A stretch of 64,000 bases of DNA from Laetmonice hystrix (taxonomy: Eukaryota), in the NCBI GenBank assembly GCA_965235115.1, contig OZ249441.1, forward strand, positions 24,986,001 through 25,050,000, read 5' to 3'. The position numbers were made by a program, and so were the translations under genes. The notes under the pieces were generated by a model that was given only the letters and a program-made list of their open reading frames with translations, was not told the origin of the DNA and ran no database searches. Below are positions 37,253-47,947 of the stretch, piece by piece. Within the stretch, counting starts at the first letter, position 1. The number at the start of each line of letters is the position of its first letter.

Positions 37253-40200
37253 TCTGTGGCGAACCCACACATGTGACCTTACTACGTTCTCCAAGAACTC
37301 TCTCAACTATTTCTGGACATGATCTCTCACTCTGAGGATCCCACCAAAATCTGTGTTCTCCCTTTGGCAAATTAAGTGACAATAGAAGACGTAGCTGTCC
37401 TGCTTGAAACTTGGCCTTCTCAACTTTGTATGTTGCATCACTAGACGGTATATTCGCTAAGTGTTTTACTAGGCGAATCTGTCTTTCCTTTGTCAATACT
37501 GTCGGTGCAGCAATCCCGTTGTTGACAGTAAGATTCCGTCCGTGTATCGCTAACTCAACTGGTTTCGCTTGTGCCGTAAACACAAAATCATTTTCACCTT
37601 CGTCTCCTTGAAATACTTTTCCTGTCTCATCTAGAAATTGAAATCGTTGCTCATCCTCTCGTGTGATGTTGCATTGACTCGTCTGAGAGTCTTTTCCTTG
37701 TTCATCCATCGCTAATGCTTCCTTCAACTTCTGAAGATTTGTGATATTCTGACTTTCTGTAGCTCGCATGAATGCAGGTTTGAGTCGATTGATGTGAAAC
37801 ACATCTCGCAAGATCCTTCCCTTCAGATCAATTAACAGCATATGGCTGGAATCCAACACTTGATGAATGACAAAGGGTCCAACAAACTTGGCAGTAAACT
37901 TCCTGGCATTTGCTGTAAGGCTCGAACTGCTTGGTTTATGTAGATATACCAGTTGTCCTTTCTCATAAATAGGACTTCTGGTTAGTTTCTGTGAAACCTT
38001 CTCATTCTGCTTGGATTGTTGCTGTTCTTGTAGCTGCAACATAAACTTAGACACACTGTCAAATTTTTCCTTTAACTGTTGAACATACTGCTCCTGTGAA
38101 CTCGTTAGACCTGTTAATGGCCTGAAGTTAAGTCCACTGATGTCTCGTGGTTCCCTGTAGAATACCAAGTAGAAAGGCGAATGATTGCCCAATTGTGGTG
38201 ACGAAAACGTGTTGAACGAATACTGCGCTACACTGTAGTATCTTATCCAATCATCGCCGTACTGATCCAAATTGACTTTTATGAGATCAGCTATCGATCG
38301 AATTTGTCTCTCAACGTGTAAAGAACCATGATTCATTACAGATATGACTTTCTGGCTGATGTTCAATGCTTGACATAGAATCTCCATAACTTTTCCTATC
38401 AACGATGACTGGGCATCCGTTACTAGCATTTCGGGAATCCCGAAGTTGGTGAAGATTCGCTGGATTAGTGCTTCACAAATCGCTGGTGCGTCCAGAGTCT
38501 TCAAAGGAACACAAACTGTGTATCTAGTGATGGCACATGTCGTGACCATCAACCATGAGTAACCCGCCTTTGAGGTTATCATCTTTTTAAAATCCAGTGA
38601 AACCGTCTGAAATGGACAATAGGTTAGAGGAATCCTCTCATGAAATGGTCTCAACATATCAGACTTCCCTTTGAACTGCTGACATCTAGCACAAGACTGT
38701 ATGTACGATACAATGCGTTGGTACATGTTGTGGAAGTAGAACAACTTTCTCATCGTGAGAAACGTCCGGACACATCCCTGGTGGTTGCTTAACAGTGAAT
38801 CATGGTATTTGGATACCAATGGATCAATGAACTTCTCTGGAATCACAAGCTGAAAACAGAAATGATCAGCACTAGTTGGAAAGAAGAACCTGAAAAGAAT
38901 GTTGTTACACAGCATATATTGTTCTGATCTTAGTACAATTGCTCTGGAACTATTCTTGTCTCCGGGCAAGATGTTATGGGCAAGAAAATCGTAAATTGGC
39001 TTGAAGTGTGGAGAAGACTGTTGTGCAAGACGAAACTGTTGTGCCTCAAAAGGCAAATTGTAGTCCCGAATGATTTTCCTCTTGATGATCTTGAGAACTT
39101 TGTTTAACTCTGCCTGATTTGGAATGTGTTTGGCAGTCAGAGTTTCAATGCTTGTAATCAACGGTTCAGGTTTCCGTAGAAATTCTGGGCATTCCTCATC
39201 TATCAATTCCTCTCTGTACTCTTCTGACTTGTTTAAGGCTCTATCAACCAATCTAGGTTCCTCTGATTCTGATGGATTACCCCTGCCTTCTTGTGACTCG
39301 TTGCTCCGTGACTTTGGTCGATGTCGATCAATGGGTTCTACTGGAATGTGACGATCCTGTCTTTGTCTGACATTGACGTTTCTCTGTGGTGGAATTTCAT
39401 CGTTCCCTTCGGGCACATTATCTGCTAATTCCGCCGGCTGTTCAATTTCTCCTATCATTGGTTGTGGTTCATTGTGGATCACAACTTCTGGTTCTGGTTC
39501 CTGTTGTCTATCCCCTTCTGTCCTGGTGGATTCCTTCCTCTTGGATTTCTCTGGATACAATGTTGGAACGGCAATGTTCATCCGTTTGGCGTAAGCCCTT
39601 GTGACTGGTCGTTCGCCTCTTGGAATCTGGACTGGATATGCTTGATCCTCAACTGATGGTAACACCTCCTGTAGCTGTACTGGCAAAGCAATGGGGATGA
39701 TCCGCTCAAGCTCATCGTCATCCTCTCTGTACGATCTACTCAGAAAATCTGAAACAACCATGTCTGAACCTTTGCAATATGATATATCAAAGGAATATTG
39801 CGACATACGTTCCATCAACTTCTGTAGTCGTAGCGTAGGTGGTTGATTCTTTGATTTATAGATCTGGATAAGAGAAGAGTGATCAACATAACAATGGAAA
39901 CTTCTCGCCTGTAAGTAGTACTTCCAAGCTGTCACATTGAGAAAAAGACCTGTAAGCTCAAGTTCACTTACACTGTATCTTTGTGCTGCCTCTGGCAGAA
40001 TTTTGCTGTAATAACCAATGACCTTTTGTTCTCCTCTTATGTCTTGCATTAACACTGATCCTGTGCACTGTCTCGATGTATCACTGTAAAGATGAAAGTC
40101 ACCTGTTCCTTGTGGTGCACACACAACTGGTGGTTCACTCAACAATCCTCTAATTTTGTCAAAGCACTCCTCATGTTCCTCTGTCCAAAGGAATTTCTGG

Positions 40201-41990
40201 CTTTTCCTTGTTAACGAGTGAAGTGGTTTCAGCAAGAGTTGCAACCTGGGCAAATACATAGACAGATATGTAACCGCTCCTATGAATCGTCTGACTCCTT
40301 TAGGATCGCTTGGTCTTGTCATCCTTCGTATGGCGTCACACTTGTTTGCCATCGCTTTCACTTGAATAATTCCGTCTGGCTGTGAAATAGAAATCTCATG
40401 TCCAATGTATGTACATCGGTTGCGAAACAAACGACACTTCTCTGGAGAAATCTTTAAACCATGGTCTCCAAATACTTGTAGTACTTTCTGAAGATGTTGA
40501 ATATGTTTATCTTCTGTAGGCGAAAACACAATGCAATCATCATGAATTGCTAAACAAAACTCGTCCTTGTCTGGAATCGTGGCCAGAATCTCATTCATTT
40601 GTTGTTGCCATCGTGCCGGAGATAGACTCATTCCCATAGGAAGACGTCGATACGTATACATAGGTGCCCCTGGATATGGACATATCCCTGTATACTGCTG
40701 AGATTTTGTTGACAGTGGTAATGCATGAAATGCACTTTTCAAGTCAATGACAGATACTACCCTACTTTTTGCTTTTCCTAGTCGAGCTAAGACATTCTGT
40801 AGAGACAGATAATTCTGTTGCACTGTAACCACTTTTGTGTTCAAGTATCTAAAATCAGAAACAAATCTGAAGTCATTAGAATTGGGTTTCTTTATCAAAA
40901 GACATGGTGAACTATAGGGTGAACATCCTTTCCTCAAAATTCCCAACTTCACAAGTTTCTTCAATTCTCGATCCATCACTGGCCTGCGTTCCTCTGCAAT
41001 AGGATATGGTCGAATGTAAAATGGACTTTCATCTCTCAATTGAATATCAACCTCTATGTCAGAACAATGACCTACTTCTCCATACAAACTGAATGCATTC
41101 TTGTGCTGTACAAGCATTTCCCGTACACATTTTCTCCCTGTCTCATCCAAAACACATGACTCCGCATCCAAATCTATAGTTTTCTTCAAGATTTCCTCTG
41201 GTGATATTCGAGAGATAGCATCTGTAGGATCCAAGTGTGGGTATGTCTTCAAATTCTGGTACTGGATTTCTGATTCGCACTCATCCCTGCTGATGTATGA
41301 CTGGAATGACTCAGTTGGGATCTTCCCTACAACGTGTAACAGTTTGCTGAGATCTGTAAAAGCAATTGGACTGTTACAATTTAGAAAAATAGGTTTCTTG
41401 CCAGTATTGGATACCTGAACAGTACATGCCCCTTTCCTCAGTTTGACTAACATGTGCTCCGGACAATGTTTCCGTAAAAATGTACCTGCCTGTAACAAAA
41501 CATCAGAGTGTTTTAAAACTCTAGGAACCCTGCCTCTGAGAAGTATGTGTTTTACCTGTCCTGGCTTAACAACATGACTATGGATTGGAGTAAACCAAAC
41601 TTTCCTCGGTCTCACTGTGAACGTATGTGTCCTGAAATCCAATGAACCATTAAGAGCTGCAAGCGTCGAATCTCCCAATAGCACATCTGGTCCCGTGAGG
41701 TTATCCGCAACACAAGCATGAATACGAAATCTGTGTCCCTGAACACGTATCTCAAATGAAACTGCTTTATCAGATACTAAATACTCTCCATTGCCGATTC
41801 TGAAACGACGTTTTTGAATATCAAATTTTGGTAATTTGCTCAAAAACGTAGATCTTTGAATGCATGACCCAGAAATCAGTGTAGATGTTGCTCCTGAATC
41901 GAATAAAAGCAATAACCCCTCGTTGTTTTCAAGATGACCTCTTGCATAGTTGTTTGATGTTAACTGGATATCTGTGACGGTATCTCCCAA
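37194..41990 (-). CDS. pol: Gypsy Pol polyprotein (protease, RT, RNase H, integrase), 1598-aa open frame
   Basis: LLFDSGAT (PR); IDLKSAFHAL and AIHDDCIV (RT); LYSDTS..YSVSELEL (RH); HDSLLSNH..CARC, SLDFK/LVTD/VER, GPF (IN). The last ~19 codons run out of frame into the duplicate. Confidence 0.95.
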   Translation of the reverse strand: MGDTVTDIQLTSNNYARGHLENNEGLLLLFDSGATSTLISGSCIQRSTFLSKLPKFDIQKRRFRIGNGEYLVSDKAVSFEIRVQGHRFRIHACVADNLTGPDVLLGDSTLAALNGSLDFRTHTFTVRPRKVWFTPIHSHVVKPGQVKHILLRGRVPRVLKHSDVLLQAGTFLRKHCPEHMLVKLRKGACTVQVSNTGKKPIFLNCNSPIAFTDLSKLLHVVGKIPTESFQSYISRDECESEIQYQNLKTYPHLDPTDAISRISPEEILKKTIDLDAESCVLDETGRKCVREMLVQHKNAFSLYGEVGHCSDIEVDIQLRDESPFYIRPYPIAEERRPVMDRELKKLVKLGILRKGCSPYSSPCLLIKKPNSNDFRFVSDFRYLNTKVVTVQQNYLSLQNVLARLGKAKSRVVSVIDLKSAFHALPLSTKSQQYTGICPYPGAPMYTYRRLPMGMSLSPARWQQQMNEILATIPDKDEFCLAIHDDCIVFSPTEDKHIQHLQKVLQVFGDHGLKISPEKCRLFRNRCTYIGHEISISQPDGIIQVKAMANKCDAIRRMTRPSDPKGVRRFIGAVTYLSMYLPRLQLLLKPLHSLTRKSQKFLWTEEHEECFDKIRGLLSEPPVVCAPQGTGDFHLYSDTSRQCTGSVLMQDIRGEQKVIGYYSKILPEAAQRYSVSELELTGLFLNVTAWKYYLQARSFHCYVDHSSLIQIYKSKNQPPTLRLQKLMERMSQYSFDISYCKGSDMVVSDFLSRSYREDDDELERIIPIALPVQLQEVLPSVEDQAYPVQIPRGERPVTRAYAKRMNIAVPTLYPEKSKRKESTRTEGDRQQEPEPEVVIHNEPQPMIGEIEQPAELADNVPEGNDEIPPQRNVNVRQRQDRHIPVEPIDRHRPKSRSNESQEGRGNPSESEEPRLVDRALNKSEEYREELIDEECPEFLRKPEPLITSIETLTAKHIPNQAELNKVLKIIKRKIIRDYNLPFEAQQFRLAQQSSPHFKPIYDFLAHNILPGDKNSSRAIVLRSEQYMLCNNILFRFFFPTSADHFCFQLVIPEKFIDPLVSKYHDSLLSNHQGCVRTFLTMRKLFYFHNMYQRIVSYIQSCARCQQFKGKSDMLRPFHERIPLTYCPFQTVSLDFKKMITSKAGYSWLMVTTCAITRYTVCVPLKTLDAPAICEALIQRIFTNFGIPEMLVTDAQSSLIGKVMEILCQALNISQKVISVMNHGSLHVERQIRSIADLIKVNLDQYGDDWIRYYSVAQYSFNTFSSPQLGNHSPFYLVFYREPRDISGLNFRPLTGLTSSQEQYVQQLKEKFDSVSKFMLQLQEQQQSKQNEKVSQKLTRSPIYEKGQLVYLHKPSSSSLTANARKFTAKFVGPFVIHQVLDSSHMLLIDLKGRILRDVFHINRLKPAFMRATESQNITNLQKLKEALAMDEQGKDSQTSQCNITREDEQRFQFLDETGKVFQGDEGENDFVFTAQAKPVELAIHGRNLTVNNGIAAPTVLTKERQIRLVKHLANIPSSDATYKVEKAKFQAGQLRLLLSLNLPKGEHRFWWDPQSERSCPEIVERVLGERSKVTCVGSPQNDNLKGGLLMVDGHDMCHH

Positions 41991-42076
41991 AAACTCAGAT
42001 TGATCCTCTCCTGTCTGACTTTCTGTAACAAAGACTTTCTGGTGGGGTAACTCAGTTGGTCCTCCTGCGCCACCCT

Positions 42077-43006
42077 TTAAGAAAAATCCCGTCTCTCACG
42101 ATTGCTTGCTTCTGGCTCTCGCCACTGTCTCCATTGAGGTTGTTGACGTCGGTCTGACCCAAATCTGCTGTTCCCACTGACATTTGGAGTCATCCGCAAA
42201 TACTCGAAACATTTCTTCCATATATGTCCTCTCCTACCGCAAAAGTAGCACTGCACAGCCTGTGTGTCTGGCCAATGTCGCCGTTCCGGTGATTGGTACT
42301 GTCTCTCTCTTCCTCTCACTCTGTTCTGCGATGGACTGTACGACCGTTCATATCTTCTGTTCATGGGTCTCCTCGGTCCTGGACTCCTTGAACGTTGCTC
42401 CTCTCTCCTACATGTCCTGTCTTCTGCTGCTGTAGTAGCATGCACTACATCCGGAAAAGAAACTGACTTTGTGCTTGGAGATGGACTTAAATCCAAATAT
42501 TTCTGCGTAAGATTTGCAAGCTGTTCTGCTGTTGCTGCAGCTGGTGCAGCCATAACAATTGCACGTTGACAGTCTCCCGGAAGGGAGTGTACAAATTTAT
42601 GACGAATCTGGTCATCATTGTAGTTTATCCGTTGAGCTGCAATCCTGAGTCTTCCCAAGTACTGTTCCGCCGATTCTCCCTGTTTGTAGGACAACTCCTC
42701 AAAGAACTTAACATTTGCAAACTCACTGTGGTGAGAACTAAACCTTCTCAAAAAAGCATCCTTCAAACCCTCCAGATTTTGGAAAACCTTATCTTGCACC
42801 CAGAGTCTAGCTTCTCCTGTGAGTGATAACCTAAACCGAAGAGTGACATCAGGCATCTGTTCTGCTGTTGGTGCTGAGAGATCATGCATCTGCAGATAAT
42901 CACTGAACAAATACCAATGACTAATAGTCTTTTCATGACTGAGACATTCCCCTCCGAATTTGGGATCAGGTAGAAAATCTGTTAGCCTAAGTGCCGCCAT
43001 CCTCAC
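42077..43006 (-). CDS. gag: Gypsy Gag, 309 aa
   Basis: Retrotransposon-gag-like core (FRLSLTGEARLWV), CCHC knuckle CYFCGRRGHIWKKC, located upstream of pol. Confidence 0.9.
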   Translation of the reverse strand: MRMAALRLTDFLPDPKFGGECLSHEKTISHWYLFSDYLQMHDLSAPTAEQMPDVTLRFRLSLTGEARLWVQDKVFQNLEGLKDAFLRRFSSHHSEFANVKFFEELSYKQGESAEQYLGRLRIAAQRINYNDDQIRHKFVHSLPGDCQRAIVMAAPAAATAEQLANLTQKYLDLSPSPSTKSVSFPDVVHATTAAEDRTCRREEQRSRSPGPRRPMNRRYERSYSPSQNRVRGRERQYQSPERRHWPDTQAVQCYFCGRRGHIWKKCFEYLRMTPNVSGNSRFGSDRRQQPQWRQWREPEASNRERRDFS

Positions 43007-44420
43007 TTATAATGATGTAACCCCTTGAAGACACCTTGAAACACTATAGTACCTGTACCACCAGAAACAGAATGAGTACGATTCCCTGAGTACACCACAC
43101 TGTTTCTGCCTCAATCGACGTACCCGCATACAATCTCACACCCGCACACAGAAACCTCAGACCGTGAACCATGTAGCCTTCATCTGAAATTCAAGGCAGC
43201 GATTACTCATATTGGGCTGACAATTTCCCATACCGTGCAACTCCCATCCTAATGTTAGTATTAGTCGAGAACATAGCCCCATTCCTCTCATAAGAAATGT
43301 ACCTCGGTGTTAGTCGCATTATGAGATTCAGGATTTTAGCTTTGCCACACTTATTCAACCCGTACTACCAAGATTTCAAATATCCCAGTTATGGTTTACA
43401 ACCAGTAATACACCTGCAAACTCAGTATAAGGACCATCAAAATATGTCTAGTACAGTGTTCAAGTTTCACTTCGTATAGTCTGAGCTTCTAGCTGTGAGA
43501 CAAATGTTCACTCAGAATATTCTCAGCTCATCACGGTACACAACTCGATATTAACACTCGTTTCAATGTTACCTACACCCAATGTCATCAGATTCGAAAA
43601 TGGAGTTCCTTCTCTTCTGGTAATGTCTGTACACACTGTCCCTCTTCTGGTGAAATATGCACACACTATCAACGTCAGGAACAAGACTAGTAAACTACCA
43701 GCACTGAGTTGAAATGTTGTAGTATTCACAGTTCCTTACATCACACAACTGGAATAGCGACAGGTAATGTTAGTAAACAACTCAGTATCACACCCGTGTC
43801 ACGCACCGTAGTTATGTCCTTGATCATGTTGAACTTGATGGCTCTCCATAGTGTCTACATCTGCGTAGGCCTAACCCACATTCGTGTATGCTGACGTGCT
43901 GACGTACATTCCTCCTGCCGTGACTAGCAACTGTGTCCCACTGGCTGCAATCTCCCACACAGAGTCAGGCTAGCGGACTGCCAAAAGCGGTCCGTCCAAA
44001 TCTAGGTCACGCTGTCTAACCGCTAACGTTAGTCTGCACTGGCTGACGCAAGTTCATCTCACGTTAGGACACCGTAAACTGTGTAACTTGTCCTCCGATT
44101 ACACCGATTATAATTATAGTGTTTATCCTACCCGTTGGAAGTTCGTTGTGTCGTGGTAGGCTTCACGATGTTAAGTACACGTGGCTTCAGAACTCGTGCA
44201 TCAAAACAAACATGGCACTCACTTCCTCTGTCAAACGCCACTTCCGCCTTCTCTTTCCCGATGCATCGTGGTACTGCGTGGATTTCCCCTGTCCGCCATT
44301 ACTGTATGTGCTCACTAAAGTAAAAGTCACTGTTCGTTGTTGTAGCACAGTCGGGGTACTGCAAGTGTACACCGCATGCTGCAATAAGCCTATAGCTCAT
44401 GAGTCTTCAGTTAAAGCTCG

Positions 44421-44440
44421 CTGTACCCGGTTCTCCACCA
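44421..44440 (-). promoter_or_regulatory. primer-binding site, probably tRNA-Ala
   Basis: TGGTGGAGAACCGGG directly after the LTR; TGGTGGAGA complements the tRNA-Ala 3' end (..TCTCCACCA). Confidence 0.65.
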
Positions 44441-44639
44441 TGTTATAGGGTTGGGGGCAGCTCCTTAGGAATAACACGTCCACGCCATGCTGTCAGTCTC
44501 CAAAACTCTCCTCCTTTATTTCTCCTCCCTGCCTCTAGGTGGCAGCACGCTACATACACTCCGGTAGGGAGCAGCACTAACACACTACATACACAACCGT
44601 AGGGGGCAGCACTAACGCTGACATAATCCATATATCACA
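44441..44639 (-). repeat. Gypsy 5' LTR (199 bp)
   Basis: Sense strand TGTGATA...TATAACA; AATAAA at 44520-44515; abuts the PBS and TSD. Confidence 0.92.
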
Positions 44640-44651
44640 CTAGGCCCTTTC

Positions 44652-46592
44652 GTGGTGTGGCCTTGTTTCTCCGAGGACGGGGCCGGTCTTGGAAGTCTAG
44701 AGCCAGCAGGCCTTAGGGGGTTTCCCTCTCTCAGCGTAAGGGGGGTCAGGGAACCGGGAAGGGAGGAGGATCTGGAGTCTTTGGCTGTCCATCTGTTAAA
44801 AACTCCATTAATCTTGCATCCAGTAGACGTTCGCTTACTAGGCGCTCATGAGCGCTGGGCTTGTTTCATCAATTGCCAGGACCCTTGGACCCTTTCTGTC
44901 CTGAGAGACGGACTGCGTCTCAGATTTGTCGAACGCCCTCCCCTCTCGTGCAGGGTTCGTCCCTTCCTTTTTCCCCACCAAACTCTAAAGAGAAGTGCCC
45001 TTATCGAGGAAATCAGGAAACTTCGAGACAAAGGTGCAGTAATCAGTCTGGGGTCAGTAGTGCCCCATCCCGGGTTTTATTCTCCGATTTTCTTAGTCCC
45101 TAAAAACTCCGGGGGGGTTCGCCCCCTGTTCAACCTCAAGAAGTTCAATACCTTTCTCGAGAAATGCCCATTTCAGATGGAGACAGTCAACGGTGTATCG
45201 CAGAGTCTACAGGTAGGGGACTGGGCCATTACGATAGACATTGAGGATGCATATTTGCACGTCCCAATTTTTCCCCCTCACCAGAGATTTCTCAGGTTTG
45301 CAACAACGGTTCAAGATGTGTTTCAGTTTGCGGTGCTACCGTTTGGCCTAACCTCAGCTCCCCGGGTGTTTACCAAGCTGGTGACACAGTTGGGAAACTG
45401 GGGAAGTTCGGAAAGGAATAAAACTTCATCTCTATCTGGAGGATTGGTTGCTACGCAACCAGAATCGCCAGTTGCTGATGGATCAGGCCTCCAAGTTGTT
45501 GTCAATGTTACCACGTCTGGGGTGGAAACTCAACCTTGCAAAGTGTATGTTAATTCCCACACAGGAATTTCTGTACCTGGGGTTTCTATGGAACACGAGG
45601 CTGGGGCGAGTGTTTCTGTCTCCCAGTTGGAGGGACAAACTTTTTCGCATCCTTCCCACGTTTCTGTCTCTAAGGGCAGCGCCGGCAAAGCTGTGGCTGC
45701 AGCTAATCGGGTTCTTGAACTCGGGCACGAGAGCATTTCCGCTGGGCAGACTGCACTTGAGACCGATACAGTTTGCGTTGTTGAGTGCGTGGCGACCGAG
45801 CAGGGGTTCTCTCGAGTGCAGGGTTCTCCTCCCTCGATCTTTGCCGCAGTTCGTCCAGTGGTGGCTCGATCCACAGGCTTTGTCGGAGGGGTGTCCATTC
45901 GGGCAGCAATCCCCGGAATTTCACCTCTTCATAGATGCCAGTCCGGGGGGCTGGGGAGCCCACCTTCAGGAATATCAGGTCCGGGGGATGTGGCCGCAGA
46001 AGGAACGTCTGTGCCACATCAATGTTCTCGAATTAAAGGCGATTTTCGAGGCTCTTCAACATTTCGTTGTTCTCCTGACAGGGTCAGTAGTCATGGTCCA
46101 TTCCGACAGTGCGGTGGCAGTGGCCTACCTAAAAACCAGGGGGGAACCCGATCGATGCAGTTATTCCGGATAACCTGGGATATCCTCTGGTGGTGTCGCC
46201 AGCACCAAGTGACGTTATGCATTGCCCATGTGCAGGGCAAGTTAAATGTTTGGGCAGACGCTCTGTCATGAGGGAGAAAGTTGCCGCCTTCGGATTGGGG
46301 GCTCAGGGTGACGGTAACTCAACAATTGTTCCTACTTTGGGGAGAACCCTTGATTGATCTTTTTGACAACACGGCTCGATCGCAAGCTATCCTTGTTTGT
46401 GAGTCCCGTTCCGGACCCTGCAGCGTTTGCTGTGGACGCGGATTTCTGGGGCATGCCTTTCTTCCAACTATTCTGCTTCGCCGGGTCTTAGCCAAGATCA
46501 GGACCGATCGAGCTACGATAATCCTGATAGCGCCATGGTGGCCGAATCAACCCTGGTTTGCAGAGATACCAGACTTGCTGGATCAGCCTTGA
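44652..46592 (+). pseudogene. DIRS-A RT / RNase H / methyltransferase-like region (frameshifted)
   Basis: GFYSPIFLVPK, IDIEDAYLHVP, LPFGLTSAPRVFTK; +1 shift near 45400; YLED (degenerate YLDD); LFIDASPGGWGA, HINVLELKA; IDLF and IAPWWPNQPWF. Confidence 0.88.
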
Positions 46593-46679
46593 TCCCTGCC
46601 TCACGATCCCGATCTGTTATTTCAGAGAGGGCGGTGGCACCCAGATCCAGGGATTTACGATCTTCACGCCTTCTACTTG

Positions 46680-47650
46680 TCAGGCGGAGATGTGAGGAGC
46701 GTGGATTCTTCAGAAAAGCGGCCATTCTCCAACACATTGCCGAAAAACATAGACCCTCCACGCGGGTTGTGTATCAAGGCAAGTGGGCCGCCTTTGTTAA
46801 ATGGGCAGAGCAACATGACATTGATGTCACCGCTCCCCCTGTTCAGGCAGTAGCCGATTTTCTGTTAGACAGGTTTCATCAGGGCCTGTCTGTCTCTGCC
46901 ACGTGCGGGGATACAGATCGGCTTTTTAGCTACTGTATTAGCGCCAGGTGGCGTTTCATTTAGCTCCATACCAGAGCTGATGCGCAACTTGGCTTTCCTT
47001 AGGCCTATAGAGCCGAGGAGGGCCCGTATTGGAGTTTACCGGTGGTACTAGATGCATTGTTGCGCCCCCCTTTGAACCCTTGTCTTCCGTTCACCTGAAG
47101 TTTCTGACTTGGAAGACCGACCGTGTTTTTGGTAGCGTTAGCATCAGTTTGGAGGCAATCGGAGATTCATGCCCTCGGGGCGAGCCGCAGTTCGTCCGAT
47201 TTGGCCGCCGTTATTCTGATGTATCACTGTTTTTCCCGCCTCATTTTGTTGCTAAGAACCAGGACCCTCAACAACCCCCGTTCTCTATCTGGCTTCCAGC
47301 TCTTTGTCCCGAGGTTGGACCGGATGATGAGGAGCGCCTGTTGTGCCCGGTTCGGGCACTCCGGTTCTACTTAGACAGAACGCGTATGACTCCTCGACTC
47401 TGCTTTTGACTCTGCAAAGCCCGAAACTTTTCAGCTTCATCGTATTAAAGCTCACGAAGTTAGGGTGCTTTCAGCGTCTTGAGCTCTCTTTAATGGAGTG
47501 CCCATCTCCGACATCATGAAGGCTGCCTTTTGGCATTCAGAAACCACCTTCACTAAGTATTATTTACGTCAACTTTGTGGCCAGGAGGACGCGCTTTAGA
47601 GTTTGGGCCACCTGGTGGTGGCTCAGACTGTTGTTTCCCCACGTCACTAA
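46680..47650 (+). pseudogene. DIRS-A tyrosine recombinase (frameshifted, partly deleted)
   Basis: STRVVYQGKWAAF, LALAS..RQSEIHAL, LCPVRALRFYL, AHEVR, AAFWHSETTFTKYYLR. Confidence 0.85.
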
Positions 47651-47870
47651 TGGAGGACGTAGGGACAAAAGGAAGGGGGGGGGGGTATAGTCAGTCCAGT
47701 CGGCCTGCCCTTGTCTCCTTCCCAGGGAGGAGGTAATTACCTTCCCTTTTGTACAGTAGTTTTATCTTAAGCTCTATTAAGCGTTCCCAGGAGGGGAGCA
47801 CGTCACCACGATGGGTTTTCCCTGTTCAGTGAGTATTACCTTTCTTCCCACCTCCTATGCTTAGCACTCG

Positions 47871-47920
47871 CTCTCATATGTTATGAGGTAAGTAGAAGCG
47901 TATGTAATTAACCATAACAT
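47871..47920 (+). other. DIRS-A internal complementary region (ICR)
   Basis: 47871-47911 is complementary to 33651-33691 (1 mismatch); 24 nt are repeated directly at 48133-48156. Confidence 0.85.
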
Positions 47921-47947
47921 TAAAGGCCCTTCCCGCCTCCCCGCTTA

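Larger units (their letters stand above)
36570..44639 (-). mobile_element. Ty3/Gypsy LTR retrotransposon (young; 3' LTR truncated and rearranged)
   Basis: 4-bp TSD CTAG (36566-36569, 44640-44643); 199-bp TG...CA 5' LTR; PBS; gag and PR-RT-RH-IN pol in Gypsy order. Confidence 0.95.

Noticed and set aside
36572-37306. independent second integrase gene
   Set aside because: It is an exact internal duplicate of the pol segment fused to LTR sequence; reported as a rearrangement instead.
39124-42826. antisense ORFs over Gypsy gag/pol
   Set aside because: Short shadows of the sense-strand codon pattern with no motifs.
36570-44639. env gene or endogenous retrovirus
   Set aside because: No third ORF, signal peptide or transmembrane region; the 3' end is replaced, so a lost env cannot be excluded.
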